Below, in pieces: positions 1 through 8,573 of a stretch of 64,000 nucleotides of DNA. A program made the translations under genes and the position numbers. This stretch comes from a bacterium. GTDB taxonomy: Bacteria > Electryoneota > RPQS01 > DYHQ01. The stretch's first letter is position 1; every line of letters starts with the position of its first letter. Where the stretch lies: positions 29,140 through 93,139 of the forward strand of contig JAUXGA010000012.1 of NCBI GenBank assembly GCA_030622545.1. The letters are read 5' to 3'. The notes beneath the pieces were generated by a model. It was given only the letters and a program-made list of their open reading frames with translations. It was not told the origin of the DNA and did no database searches.

Positions 1-1198
1 CCAAAGCTCCGGCAAGCGCGAGCCGCACAGCGCCGTCAGGCGAACCGCGCTCGAAAGAAGGTTCGGCGAGCAATTCTTCGGCAAGACGCCAGTCGCCGGA
101 ATATAAACAGTATTCGTAGAGTTCGCGAATCCACCACGGTGTGCCGTCGGCGGTGTTGAAAACGATTTCGTCCGGGCGAGCGCGGTTGGGAATGCGGCCG
201 AACGTGTGCGACGTGAACTCTTTGTCCTGCCACCGGGCGAATTTGAGCAGAATAGCGCGCGCGGCATCGAAATGCCCAGTGACGAGTAGCGCTCCGGGCA
301 GCGAGATAAATGTGTCGCGTCCCCAGGCCTCGGCGAACCACGGATACCCTGCCCACAATTCCGAACCATCAGCGGCTTGCAAGTCGAGCAGCGATTTTTT
401 TGCCCAGCGAAGTGCGTCTGTGACGGTGGAATCGGTCGCACGAAATGCTGAAGAGGATAAAATACCTCGAAGTCTATTTCGCCGCATGAGGGAGGAAGCT
501 CCACGGTCGGCAAGTAATTTCCTCGCGGACGCAAGCGCGTCTTCTTCGGTCGCGCCATGCGTAATCACCCAATTGGACACGAGAATATGGAAGCGTTGTT
601 GCCCGTAGAACGGCCCAAAGGAAGTGAGGCTGTCGGGGAGCAAATACGATATTTGCTCCATGCGCCCTTGAAGAATTTCGTCGGAGGGCCACGCAGCGGC
701 GAGAAATACTTTTCCGTTGGGAGGAGGGCTGATGGTCAATGCGTCGGGGTGATGTTTGATATCTCGTTCGTCGAGCGCTCCCGGCGCAAAAACAAGTTCG
801 AGCGATAAATCCTGCGATGCTTCGCTTATTCCAAGTACTCGCACGAAATCTCGGATCGCCATATCGAGAACGAATATCATAGAGTCGGACGTGAAGCTGA
901 CTCCCTGCGCCCAGAAGTTTACTTTGGCTTTGGAGTGGTCGAAAAGTTTATCGCCGTGCCATAAGCGGATGTCATCGAAAAGTTTTTCTCCCGCGACTGT
1001 CAATCCCATGAACGGATTCTGACGTAGCGCTGCCGTTGTGCCGAAGAAAAAGGACGTTTCGTTGCCGGAGAAGATATAGCTACGTGCTGATTCTTGGGTC
1101 GGTGGGATGGGGTGGGTTTGCAAACGAACGTTTTGCGCAAGCAAGAGATTCACCATCACGAGAAGAAGAACAGTTAGCAGGGAATATCGTAAAAACAT
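1..1198 (-). CDS. Secreted GDE_C-family (amylo-alpha-1,6-glucosidase / six-hairpin) glycoside hydrolase; partial, C-terminus lies beyond window start
   Basis: Minus-strand translation from ATG at 1198 gives signal peptide MFLRYSLLTVLLLVMVNLLLAQN and stays open to position 1; contains GYPWFAEAWGRDTFIS (rc of ~305-355), the GDE_C 'WFxDWGRDT' signature. ORF runs off the window so it is absent from the supplied track. Confidence 0.6.
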   Translation of the reverse strand, partial: MFLRYSLLTVLLLVMVNLLLAQNVRLQTHPIPPTQESARSYIFSGNETSFFFGTTAALRQNPFMGLTVAGEKLFDDIRLWHGDKLFDHSKAKVNFWAQGVSFTSDSMIFVLDMAIRDFVRVLGISEASQDLSLELVFAPGALDERDIKHHPDALTISPPPNGKVFLAAAWPSDEILQGRMEQISYLLPDSLTSFGPFYGQQRFHILVSNWVITHGATEEDALASARKLLADRGASSLMRRNRLRGILSSSAFRATDSTVTDALRWAKKSLLDLQAADGSELWAGYPWFAEAWGRDTFISLPGALLVTGHFDAARAILLKFARWQDKEFTSHTFGRIPNRARPDEIVFNTADGTPWWIRELYEYCLYSGDWRLAEELLAEPSFERGSPDGAVRLALAGAL

Positions 1199-1395
1199 TT
1201 TTTTATTCCTTTGCCGCGGCGAGTTGTAGGGACAAGGCTTGCCTTGTCCGTTTGATATGATTAATGCGGTCGGGTCACAGACACCGACCCTACAAAACGG
1301 GTGCGCGGGACGCATGCCGTAGCGGGTGTCTGTCAGCAAAGCGCCGCCGAAGAAGTTAAATTCCCCGGCGGCGGATTTTAGGTTTTCTTGTTTAT

Positions 1396-1422
1396 CCGCG
1401 ACCGGAGGTCGCGGGTAGTAAA
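1396..1422. repeat. REP-like hairpin repeat ccgcgaccggaggtcgcgggtagtaaa (7-bp stem), identical 27-mer also at 12066-12092, inverted-loop variant at 55251-55268
   Basis: Exact 27-nt identity between 1396-1422 and 12066-12092; perfect inverted repeat ccgcgac/gtcgcgg; both just 3' of minus-strand gene ends. Confidence 0.7.
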
Positions 1423-1432
1423 GGAATGCGAA

Positions 1433-4400
1433 TCAGCGCAGGAGAATCATTTTGCGTGTTGAAATGAAGTCACCCGCTCGCATCCGGTAGAAATAGATGC
1501 CGGAGCCGACAGGTGAACCAAATTGATTGTGCCCATCCCAGACAATCTGATGAACGCCTGCCGAATAAACATCATCAGTCAGGACTTTCACCTGCTGCCC
1601 TATGACATTATAGATAGCGATGGTCACGCGGCTGCGGCTGGAAATCTCAAAGGGGATGGTGCAAGTCGGGTTGAACGGATTCGGATAGTTTTGCTTCAGC
1701 GCGAATACTTCGGGGATTTCAATCGATTGTTCAGGCGCGTCAAGCTGAATCGGTTCGTCGGCAATCACCCACACCCGTCCCTGATAACCGCTCAAGCTCG
1801 AAACGATAGTCGTAAGTTGTGCGCCGGTGCGCTCAAGGTATGTACCGGTCAAGAGCTCGCTTAAGTAGTAGGTCGAATCCGGGTGAAGCCCAATGTCTCC
1901 AGTTGGAACCGCAATGGAAGGCACCTGTGAATTGGATGCCATGTTGAGCGCGACGATAATTGGAAGTTCGCCTTCAATATACCGCAGATATGAGTACACC
2001 GCACCGGATTGGCTGTTGCTGATACGTTCTACATGACGCCCGCGGATGGATGGGAATTGCTCGCGGAGTTGGCAGAGCTGGTAGTAGTAATGCGAAAGCC
2101 CTTCCGGACCTCCGTACCAGTCAATCAAGCCGCGCTGGGATGTTTCACCGACTTCCTGACCTGCGTAGATGAGCGGCACACCGTCAATGGTGAGCAGAAG
2201 CAGAGCCGCCAGTTTCGTTTGCGCTGTGGTGTTGTAGGAAATGTAGCGGCCTTCATCGTGGTTTTCCAGAAAACGGAAAGGATATTTGTAGGGCGGATAG
2301 GGATAGCCGTAGTTCGTGATGAGCGTATTGAGATTGTTGATGCTCGGAATACCGCCTTGGAACAAATCAGAGAATCCCTCATGGTAAAGTGTCCAATCGT
2401 AGAGCAAATCGAATCGGTCGTAGAAGTCGTTGAATTCGTTTGCACCCATTTCTCCCAAAAGCAGGATTTCGGGATAGAGTTGCTTCAGTGCATCATGCCA
2501 TTGCGGCCAGAAGCTCGGTGTCCGATCTTGCGGGCCCCACGCCACATCGCAGCGATACCCATCCACGCCGTATTCCTCCACCCAGTATTTCGAAACATCG
2601 ATAAAGTATTTGACGACTTCCGGGTTATCGAAGTTCAGATTCGGCATGTTTGTCCAGTTGTAATAGTAAGTGTAATCACCGTTAGGATCGCGGTCGTAAT
2701 AATCCCAGTAGTGCGAAAAGCGTCCGTAGCGAAGCGCGTCCTGCATGAAGGGATGCTGAATCGATGTGTGATTAATCACCAAATCCAGAAGAACGCCGAT
2801 GTCATAGGAATGGGCGGCGTCAATCAGGTCGCGCATATCCTGTTCGGTGCCGAGGTCTTCTTCAACTCCGTAGTAATCCACAATCTCATAGCCGTGTTCA
2901 GTCGGACCGGGAAAGGTCGGTGTGAGCCAGATGTAGTTGACGCCCAGGCCGGCGATTCGCTCCATGTCCGCTGCAATCGCCGCGAGATTATCACTGGTCG
3001 AATAGGCACGCGGATAGATTTCATAGACGATGGCGTCGCGCACTTTCCAAGTGGATTCATCCAGCTCGAACGCGTCCACTGAATCATCATAGACCGTGAA
3101 GGCGGTTTTAGCGGTGACTCCCGGGCCGGTCGCTTCGTCCAAATCGAGCGAGAAAAAATATTCGCCGTTGGATTCCGGCAAAGCGAAGCTTGCGACGGCG
3201 GCGTCCGGATTTGTCAGTGTAACTTCTTCCGGATTATCTTCATCGGCACTCCAGAGATATTCCAGATTTGGACTGTCGGGGTCAGTCGAAGCGGAAGCGT
3301 CCAGGACTCCTTCATCGCCTTCGACACGCGCATCAATGACCGGCTCGGGCGTGTGATTGACGTCAAGTACGAATACAGTTTGCGATGACCGGCCGGTATC
3401 GCCAACGGCATCAATCCCTTCCAGAGAGAATGTGTTGATGCCTTCGACCAGAGTCACATCGACTGTGAACGTATCTTCGGTTGTGGGAATAACAATCGGC
3501 GGATTGTCGTTTTGGTAGAGATTGATAGAGACGACGGTCTCTGCACTTTCGAACGTACCCGTGAGTTCCTGATCCGCGAAAATCGTTGACGCGCCGCGGG
3601 AAAGAATGGTCATGATGGGCCCGCTGTGGAAAACATTCGGGCCGATACTGTCGGGATGAATCGCGACGAAACCGCGTCCGGTCGCATCAAAGGTCGCCGT
3701 GCGGTTGTCCGACCAATTCATAAGCAACACATTTTGCAGGCGCGGTGTAATAAACAGCGCATCGAAAATGTCCGGGTCGGACGGACTGTCATCTCCGCCG
3801 TGAGCCGCGTCAATTTCGTACGCGTCGCCGTCAGACGGGTCAGTTAGAAACGCGCAGCAACTGAAGTACCACTCGGCCTGATAATTGCCCATCACAGCTT
3901 CCAAGTCGGCGCGGGCAAGTTTGAATTCGAAACGGTCTTCGCCATAGGCAACCGGGTCGAGTTGGATTTCGGCGCCGTAGGTCAGCGGCGAACGCGATAG
4001 GTAGAGTGTGTTTAAAAGCGCAGGGCTTGTCGCGCCGGTTGTCGTATCGCCTAAAACGAACGCCACGCCGCGACCGTTCCAATCCGGGAATTCTGCTTCC
4101 AAACTGAATGCCGCTGTGGGGGCAAACGGCGGTGCGATGTCACTCAGGATGTGCATGAAGACGCGGGTTTGTTCGGTGATGACATCAATCTCGACCATAA
4201 ACGCTAAGCTGTCTCCTTCAGCCGCTTCGGAAATAACGAAGCCTAACAAATCAGCATCGCCTTCAACGCTATAAGGATCCGAGTAGGAGCCCGGTCCAAA
4301 ATCATCTGCCCGAGAATCAAGTGCGTAGAAGCCTTCCTCGGATTCGACAACCCATACCGCCCGCGTTGCTGTGCGGTCTCGTGCGGCGCTGTCCTGCGCT

Positions 4401-5719
4401 GTCACCGCAATTTCATGCTCGCCGGGATATGCGGTAATCGGTTCAATCCAGAGACTATCACTTCCCGGATACCAGATGGAGACGTTGGGCGTATCATCCC
4501 GAGTCACACTGGGGTCGCCTTGAAGGCCGGGACCTAAATCGCCTTTACGAACTTTTGCCCACGGTGAGATTTCCGCTGTAGCGCCGCGATAGATTTCCCC
4601 TTCAGGAGGATAAAACTGATAAATCTGCGGCAGTGTATCCAGAGAAATGGTAATGAGATTATTGTGGTAGCCGCCGGGAGCGAAATTGGGATTGTCCGGG
4701 TCATTTTGCCATTCGCTGCCATTCAGAACAAACTTGTACTCATGCGTTCCTGCTGGAATAGCGAATTCCTTCATCCACACACCGTTTTCATCCGGCCCGT
4801 CGAGCGGGTCATGGGAGGTACTCCAGCCGTTGAACGTTCCGGCTAAATTGACGGAAGTGATGGTTCCAATGTATCCGGCAAACGCCGAGCGCGGATCATA
4901 GGCGAAAACGTGATGCGCCAGAATCGGTTCCGGTGGTTCTTCGAGGATAATATCCCAGTTGGCGCCGCCATTGTCGTCCCAATTGGTTCCATCGAGCGTG
5001 ACGAAATGGATGGTGTACGTCGTATCATTGCTTTGGATGGACAGAGACCAGATGCCGCCGCCTTGAGAATTCATCGGCGTCTGCACGGCATGACCATCGC
5101 CCCAGGGAACCGTTCCCGGAGGCCACATGCTTGCCGGAGGTTCCTGCCAAGCGCCGTGATAAGGTTCGTTGATTCCCCAGTGAAGAAGGACGGTGGTAGC
5201 GCCGTCGGGAAGTGCGCCGGGAATCGTGTTGTAATTGATGGTCACTAAATCACCCGGTTCGGGTTCTTCCGGTGACCACCAGACCACGACTTCATCGGTG
5301 ACAAAGTCGATGTGCCAGTTTGCGTTGCTGTTGTTGTCCCAATTATCGCCAAGGTCTGTGAAGACGAATTCGATATGGCGGATGCTCGTATCCGGATCGA
5401 TAGCGAGAGTCCAGACGGTATCGGCACCTGCAACCATCGGACTCTGAACGGCATAACCGTCCCCGGAAAGCTGGGAACCGTCCGGCCAAATTTCTTCCGG
5501 CGGAGCAGACCAAGCGCCGGAGTTGGGATCGACCACGCCCCAGTGCATCCACACCTGAGCGATATCCGGTCCTAAAACTCCGATGCGGGAATCATAGTGG
5601 ATTGTAAATGGTTGACCGACGGCAGGAGCTTCGGGATCCCACCAGACATGCTGCGCAAGCGCTGTGGTTCCAAGAAGCAGTGTGATTGCCAAAACAAAGT
5701 ATCGCATGCGCGATTTCAT
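1433..5719 (-). CDS. Secreted GH13 alpha-amylase-family enzyme with two N-terminal CBM25/26-like starch-binding modules and a T9SS C-terminal sorting domain
   Basis: 1428-aa ORF; ATG 5719 preceded by GAGG; signal peptide MKSRMRYFVLAITLLLGTTALAQ; two repeats ending ...NWDNNSNANWHIDF / ...NWDDNGGANWDIIL; GH13 regions DLVINHTS, GVDGYRCDVAW, LLLGEMG, FLENHDEGR; C-terminus KQNYPNPFNPTCTIPF...GIYFYRM = Por_Secre_tail. Confidence 0.8.
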   Translation of the reverse strand: MKSRMRYFVLAITLLLGTTALAQHVWWDPEAPAVGQPFTIHYDSRIGVLGPDIAQVWMHWGVVDPNSGAWSAPPEEIWPDGSQLSGDGYAVQSPMVAGADTVWTLAIDPDTSIRHIEFVFTDLGDNWDNNSNANWHIDFVTDEVVVWWSPEEPEPGDLVTINYNTIPGALPDGATTVLLHWGINEPYHGAWQEPPASMWPPGTVPWGDGHAVQTPMNSQGGGIWSLSIQSNDTTYTIHFVTLDGTNWDDNGGANWDIILEEPPEPILAHHVFAYDPRSAFAGYIGTITSVNLAGTFNGWSTSHDPLDGPDENGVWMKEFAIPAGTHEYKFVLNGSEWQNDPDNPNFAPGGYHNNLITISLDTLPQIYQFYPPEGEIYRGATAEISPWAKVRKGDLGPGLQGDPSVTRDDTPNVSIWYPGSDSLWIEPITAYPGEHEIAVTAQDSAARDRTATRAVWVVESEEGFYALDSRADDFGPGSYSDPYSVEGDADLLGFVISEAAEGDSLAFMVEIDVITEQTRVFMHILSDIAPPFAPTAAFSLEAEFPDWNGRGVAFVLGDTTTGATSPALLNTLYLSRSPLTYGAEIQLDPVAYGEDRFEFKLARADLEAVMGNYQAEWYFSCCAFLTDPSDGDAYEIDAAHGGDDSPSDPDIFDALFITPRLQNVLLMNWSDNRTATFDATGRGFVAIHPDSIGPNVFHSGPIMTILSRGASTIFADQELTGTFESAETVVSINLYQNDNPPIVIPTTEDTFTVDVTLVEGINTFSLEGIDAVGDTGRSSQTVFVLDVNHTPEPVIDARVEGDEGVLDASASTDPDSPNLEYLWSADEDNPEEVTLTNPDAAVASFALPESNGEYFFSLDLDEATGPGVTAKTAFTVYDDSVDAFELDESTWKVRDAIVYEIYPRAYSTSDNLAAIAADMERIAGLGVNYIWLTPTFPGPTEHGYEIVDYYGVEEDLGTEQDMRDLIDAAHSYDIGVLLDLVINHTSIQHPFMQDALRYGRFSHYWDYYDRDPNGDYTYYYNWTNMPNLNFDNPEVVKYFIDVSKYWVEEYGVDGYRCDVAWGPQDRTPSFWPQWHDALKQLYPEILLLGEMGANEFNDFYDRFDLLYDWTLYHEGFSDLFQGGIPSINNLNTLITNYGYPYPPYKYPFRFLENHDEGRYISYNTTAQTKLAALLLLTIDGVPLIYAGQEVGETSQRGLIDWYGGPEGLSHYYYQLCQLREQFPSIRGRHVERISNSQSGAVYSYLRYIEGELPIIVALNMASNSQVPSIAVPTGDIGLHPDSTYYLSELLTGTYLERTGAQLTTIVSSLSGYQGRVWVIADEPIQLDAPEQSIEIPEVFALKQNYPNPFNPTCTIPFEISSRSRVTIAIYNVIGQQVKVLTDDVYSAGVHQIVWDGHNQFGSPVGSGIYFYRMRAGDFISTRKMILLR

Positions 5720-5979
5720 GATTTCGCCTCATAATTTATCGTTTCTTAAATGAATTTCGAATGTCGAGGCAGGCTTAAGCCAGCCCGTAGGCGCGGAACA
5801 GGATGCAGTCTCAAAAATCGGTGAGGAATTAGAACCAAATCCTAAAGGCTGGCTCTGCCTGCCTTTCCTTTCCGGCTGAAAGGGATGAGCCTCAAGAAAA
5901 TTCGATAGCCGAGGCGGGTCACATTTCACCCACCTCGGCATCGCTGTCGATATAAATCTTTTCGAGTCGGCAGCTTCTA

Positions 5980-7503
5980 CTATTTCAGCACGAGCATCTT
6001 GCGTACAGCGTGCATGGAACCGGCATCAACACTGTAGAAGTAGAGGCCGGTGGAAAGATTCTCCGCCGAGAAATGGATGTGATGAAGCCCGGCTGCTCTC
6101 GGCCCCAGATCCATCTTCGCCACTTCCTGACCCAAAACGTTGAACACCTTAAACGTCACCTGTTCGGGAAACGGCAGCGAGAAGCTGATTTGTGTCGTCG
6201 GGTTGAAGGGATTCGGGTAGTTCTGGTACAATGTGAAGACATCGGGAATCGCAGCGTCGTATGTAGGTTCGGCTGCTGATCCGCAAACCCAGAGGTAATC
6301 GTCGAAGATGTCGCCCAATTCTCCCCAGCAATCGACAGGGAGTGTCATCGTCGGCGAAGAGTCGTCGAGAATCAGGACGTGGTCTGCGCCGAAACCCGCC
6401 TCGTTATCATAGTCATTCGCGCCGTACTTATAGGGATGGGGGCGCGCTGTTCCGGCGTCAAAGTGAATCGACACCGTCCAGATGCTGTCTCCGGCTACTT
6501 CATCCGGAGCAACACCGTCATCATTCATCTGCTGTGCCTCTGGAATGCTGCCCCAGCTCCAAATATTCCAGAGACCGTTGATGCCGACACCTTCAATGAC
6601 TCGAACGGTATCTTGGCCTGTCTGAACATCCAGGATATAGCCGATGTCATTGATTGCCAGATAGGCCGGACGAACATCGCAGGTGAAAATCACATCGACG
6701 GGATTCTCAGTGATGTCTTCAAACGTCACATCTGAGAAGAAGACCGTATCGAGGGTGACTTCATGGTAACCGTTGCCGCCGGGGGGAGGTAGGTCATCCG
6801 GTTCACTGCCGTCGAAAGCAGCTTGTCGATTTCCACCGCCTGTCGGCGTTTCCCAGATGGGATTTTCCGGGTCGCCGTTTGTCAAAATGACATACTTAAA
6901 CTCAATCGCACCGGGATAGGCGATATTGTCGAACTGTACCCAACCGGAATAAAGACCGGGTGAGCCAGTCACTTCGGGTAACTGGTTTGCGTCGCCGCCC
7001 CATTCCAACGGCGGTGTACCGCCGCGCACCATCACGACGTCCAAATTAGGATCGAAGTCCCCGGTCAGGATCTGCACCCGCATATCCACGCGGAACAAGA
7101 CTTCCAGATCAATCGCGGATGAGGAACTCTGGTTGTTGTAATAGACCACATCCAAAGTTGCATCACCGGTAACCGTATGGGTTCGGTTGTCGGCGATGCT
7201 TTCCCATCGATCATCTCCAGCACTGCGATCGATGAGCACGTATTTGAACTCAATAGCGCCTGAATCAATGGCCAGGGTAATGCGATAGACGCTGTCCGGC
7301 GGGGTGGTCGTCAGGATGTCAGTATATCCTATCCACCCATTCATGGAGCCTCGGATAAGTACGGTGTCTGCGGCGGGATTAAAATTTCCAAGGCGTTCTT
7401 GGACCGCCATGTTGACCTGAAACGTGATGTTGGCTGCTGTCGCCACACCGACGAACGCCAGCAGGAGCAGGCCTGTGATGAGAAACGCATAGCGCGATTT
7501 CAT
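5980..7503 (-). CDS. Tandem CBM20 starch-binding-domain protein with T9SS C-terminal sorting domain
   Basis: ATG at 7503 with GGAGGG SD 8 nt upstream (track start 7518 is TTG); signal peptide MKSRYAFLITGLLLLAFVGVATA; two modules matching the CBM20 pattern (ITFQVNM...EFKYVL...WES..NRTHTV; LFRVDM...EFKYVI...WET); C-terminal YQNYPNPFNPTTQISF...GLYFYSV tail. Confidence 0.7.
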   Translation of the reverse strand: MKSRYAFLITGLLLLAFVGVATAANITFQVNMAVQERLGNFNPAADTVLIRGSMNGWIGYTDILTTTPPDSVYRITLAIDSGAIEFKYVLIDRSAGDDRWESIADNRTHTVTGDATLDVVYYNNQSSSSAIDLEVLFRVDMRVQILTGDFDPNLDVVMVRGGTPPLEWGGDANQLPEVTGSPGLYSGWVQFDNIAYPGAIEFKYVILTNGDPENPIWETPTGGGNRQAAFDGSEPDDLPPPGGNGYHEVTLDTVFFSDVTFEDITENPVDVIFTCDVRPAYLAINDIGYILDVQTGQDTVRVIEGVGINGLWNIWSWGSIPEAQQMNDDGVAPDEVAGDSIWTVSIHFDAGTARPHPYKYGANDYDNEAGFGADHVLILDDSSPTMTLPVDCWGELGDIFDDYLWVCGSAAEPTYDAAIPDVFTLYQNYPNPFNPTTQISFSLPFPEQVTFKVFNVLGQEVAKMDLGPRAAGLHHIHFSAENLSTGLYFYSVDAGSMHAVRKMLVLK

Positions 7504-7556
7504 GATTGTGCCCTCCAAAATGATGTTATGGTGATTTCATGTTGAAATGATGTTCT

Positions 7557-8573
7557 TTAAAAATCAACGCCGATGGAATATTTATAAATATCCCCGAGGC
7601 GGTTGAAGTCTTCATAGGCAAAGTCGAGATGCAGACCGAAGCCCGCCCTCAGCGGCGGCACCAGTCCGATACCGAATGTTAATCCTTCTTCGGAATCTTG
7701 CCGAAAGAGGGATTTGTATCCGGTACGCAAGGCGAACAGTTTCTGGTACCAGTATTCCGCGCCGATGTTCATGGATTCCGTGTTATCGTTCGGATGCTGT
7801 GCGCTGATCGCCATAGTTAATTTGTGATCCTTCTGTTCGATGACTTCCATCGCCGCACCCACTCGCAGATTCAGCGGCAGCGGCCATGCGTCGGTTCGAA
7901 GTTCGGCCATGATGTTGGCATTGTTCCCCTCCTTGATAGGGTCGGGGTCATAAAGAACAAGCATATCCTTGCCGCGCATCTGCATATCGGAACCGAAATT
8001 GGAAATCGCCATCCCAATGCGCATCCCGTGAAACGGCGTGGTGTAGAGCGTGCCAACATCCAGCGCAAACGCTTCAGCGCTCTCGTGCCAGATTTTCTGC
8101 TGAATGTATTTGCCGGTAAAACCGATAGAGAAACGATCCGTCAGCGAAATTGCATAGGAGAGTCCCACCGCTAAATCAGATGCGTTAAAAAAGACGCCGG
8201 TCCCGTCCTGATGACGTTCCGTCGTGACTTCCATTTCTCCCATAGAGAGCATCGTGGTTGAAACACCGATAGCGCCTGCATCGGGAATCGGAAAAACCGC
8301 GCCGACGAAATCGAAGCTCAAATCGGCGAGCCAGTCTGTGTGCAAGAGGATGATTTCGTAGCGGGAAAGCCGTGCGATACCCGCGGGATTCCAGTAAAGG
8401 CTTGTCGCGTCATCGGCGACCGACACAAACGCTCCGCCCATCCCCAGCGCGCGCGCGCCGACGGCAATGCCTAAAAAAGGCGCGGCGGTCGTGCCGACTT
8501 TCGTTTGCGCGGAAGCGGGCTGCAAAACTATCAGAAGCGCGAATATCAGGCAAAAAGATTTTAGCTTTTTCAT
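7557..8573 (-). CDS. PorV/PorQ-family (FadL-like) outer-membrane beta-barrel protein, T9SS-associated
   Basis: 338 aa; signal peptide then GTTAAPFLGIAVGARALGMGGAFVSVADDATSLYWNPAGIARL, the N-terminal signature shared by PorV/PorQ/FadL barrels; ends in aromatic F; start ATG overlaps upstream stop (ATGA at 8570-8573). Confidence 0.6.
   Translation of the reverse strand: MKKLKSFCLIFALLIVLQPASAQTKVGTTAAPFLGIAVGARALGMGGAFVSVADDATSLYWNPAGIARLSRYEIILLHTDWLADLSFDFVGAVFPIPDAGAIGVSTTMLSMGEMEVTTERHQDGTGVFFNASDLAVGLSYAISLTDRFSIGFTGKYIQQKIWHESAEAFALDVGTLYTTPFHGMRIGMAISNFGSDMQMRGKDMLVLYDPDPIKEGNNANIMAELRTDAWPLPLNLRVGAAMEVIEQKDHKLTMAISAQHPNDNTESMNIGAEYWYQKLFALRTGYKSLFRQDSEEGLTFGIGLVPPLRAGFGLHLDFAYEDFNRLGDIYKYSIGVDF

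Noticed and set aside
1000-1198. Apparent frameshift separating the signal peptide from the GDE_C body
   Set aside because: Caused by my own misreading of one base at the 1140/1141 line break; re-reading shows the signal peptide and catalytic body are in one continuous frame
2009-3082. 357-aa plus-strand ORF inside the GH13 gene (also 11195-11989 +, 15373-16197 -, 20162-21307 -, 35139-35753 -, 41149-41958 -)
   Set aside because: Antisense shadow ORFs within strongly supported CDSs; low-complexity Arg/Val-rich translations, no RBS, no domain signatures
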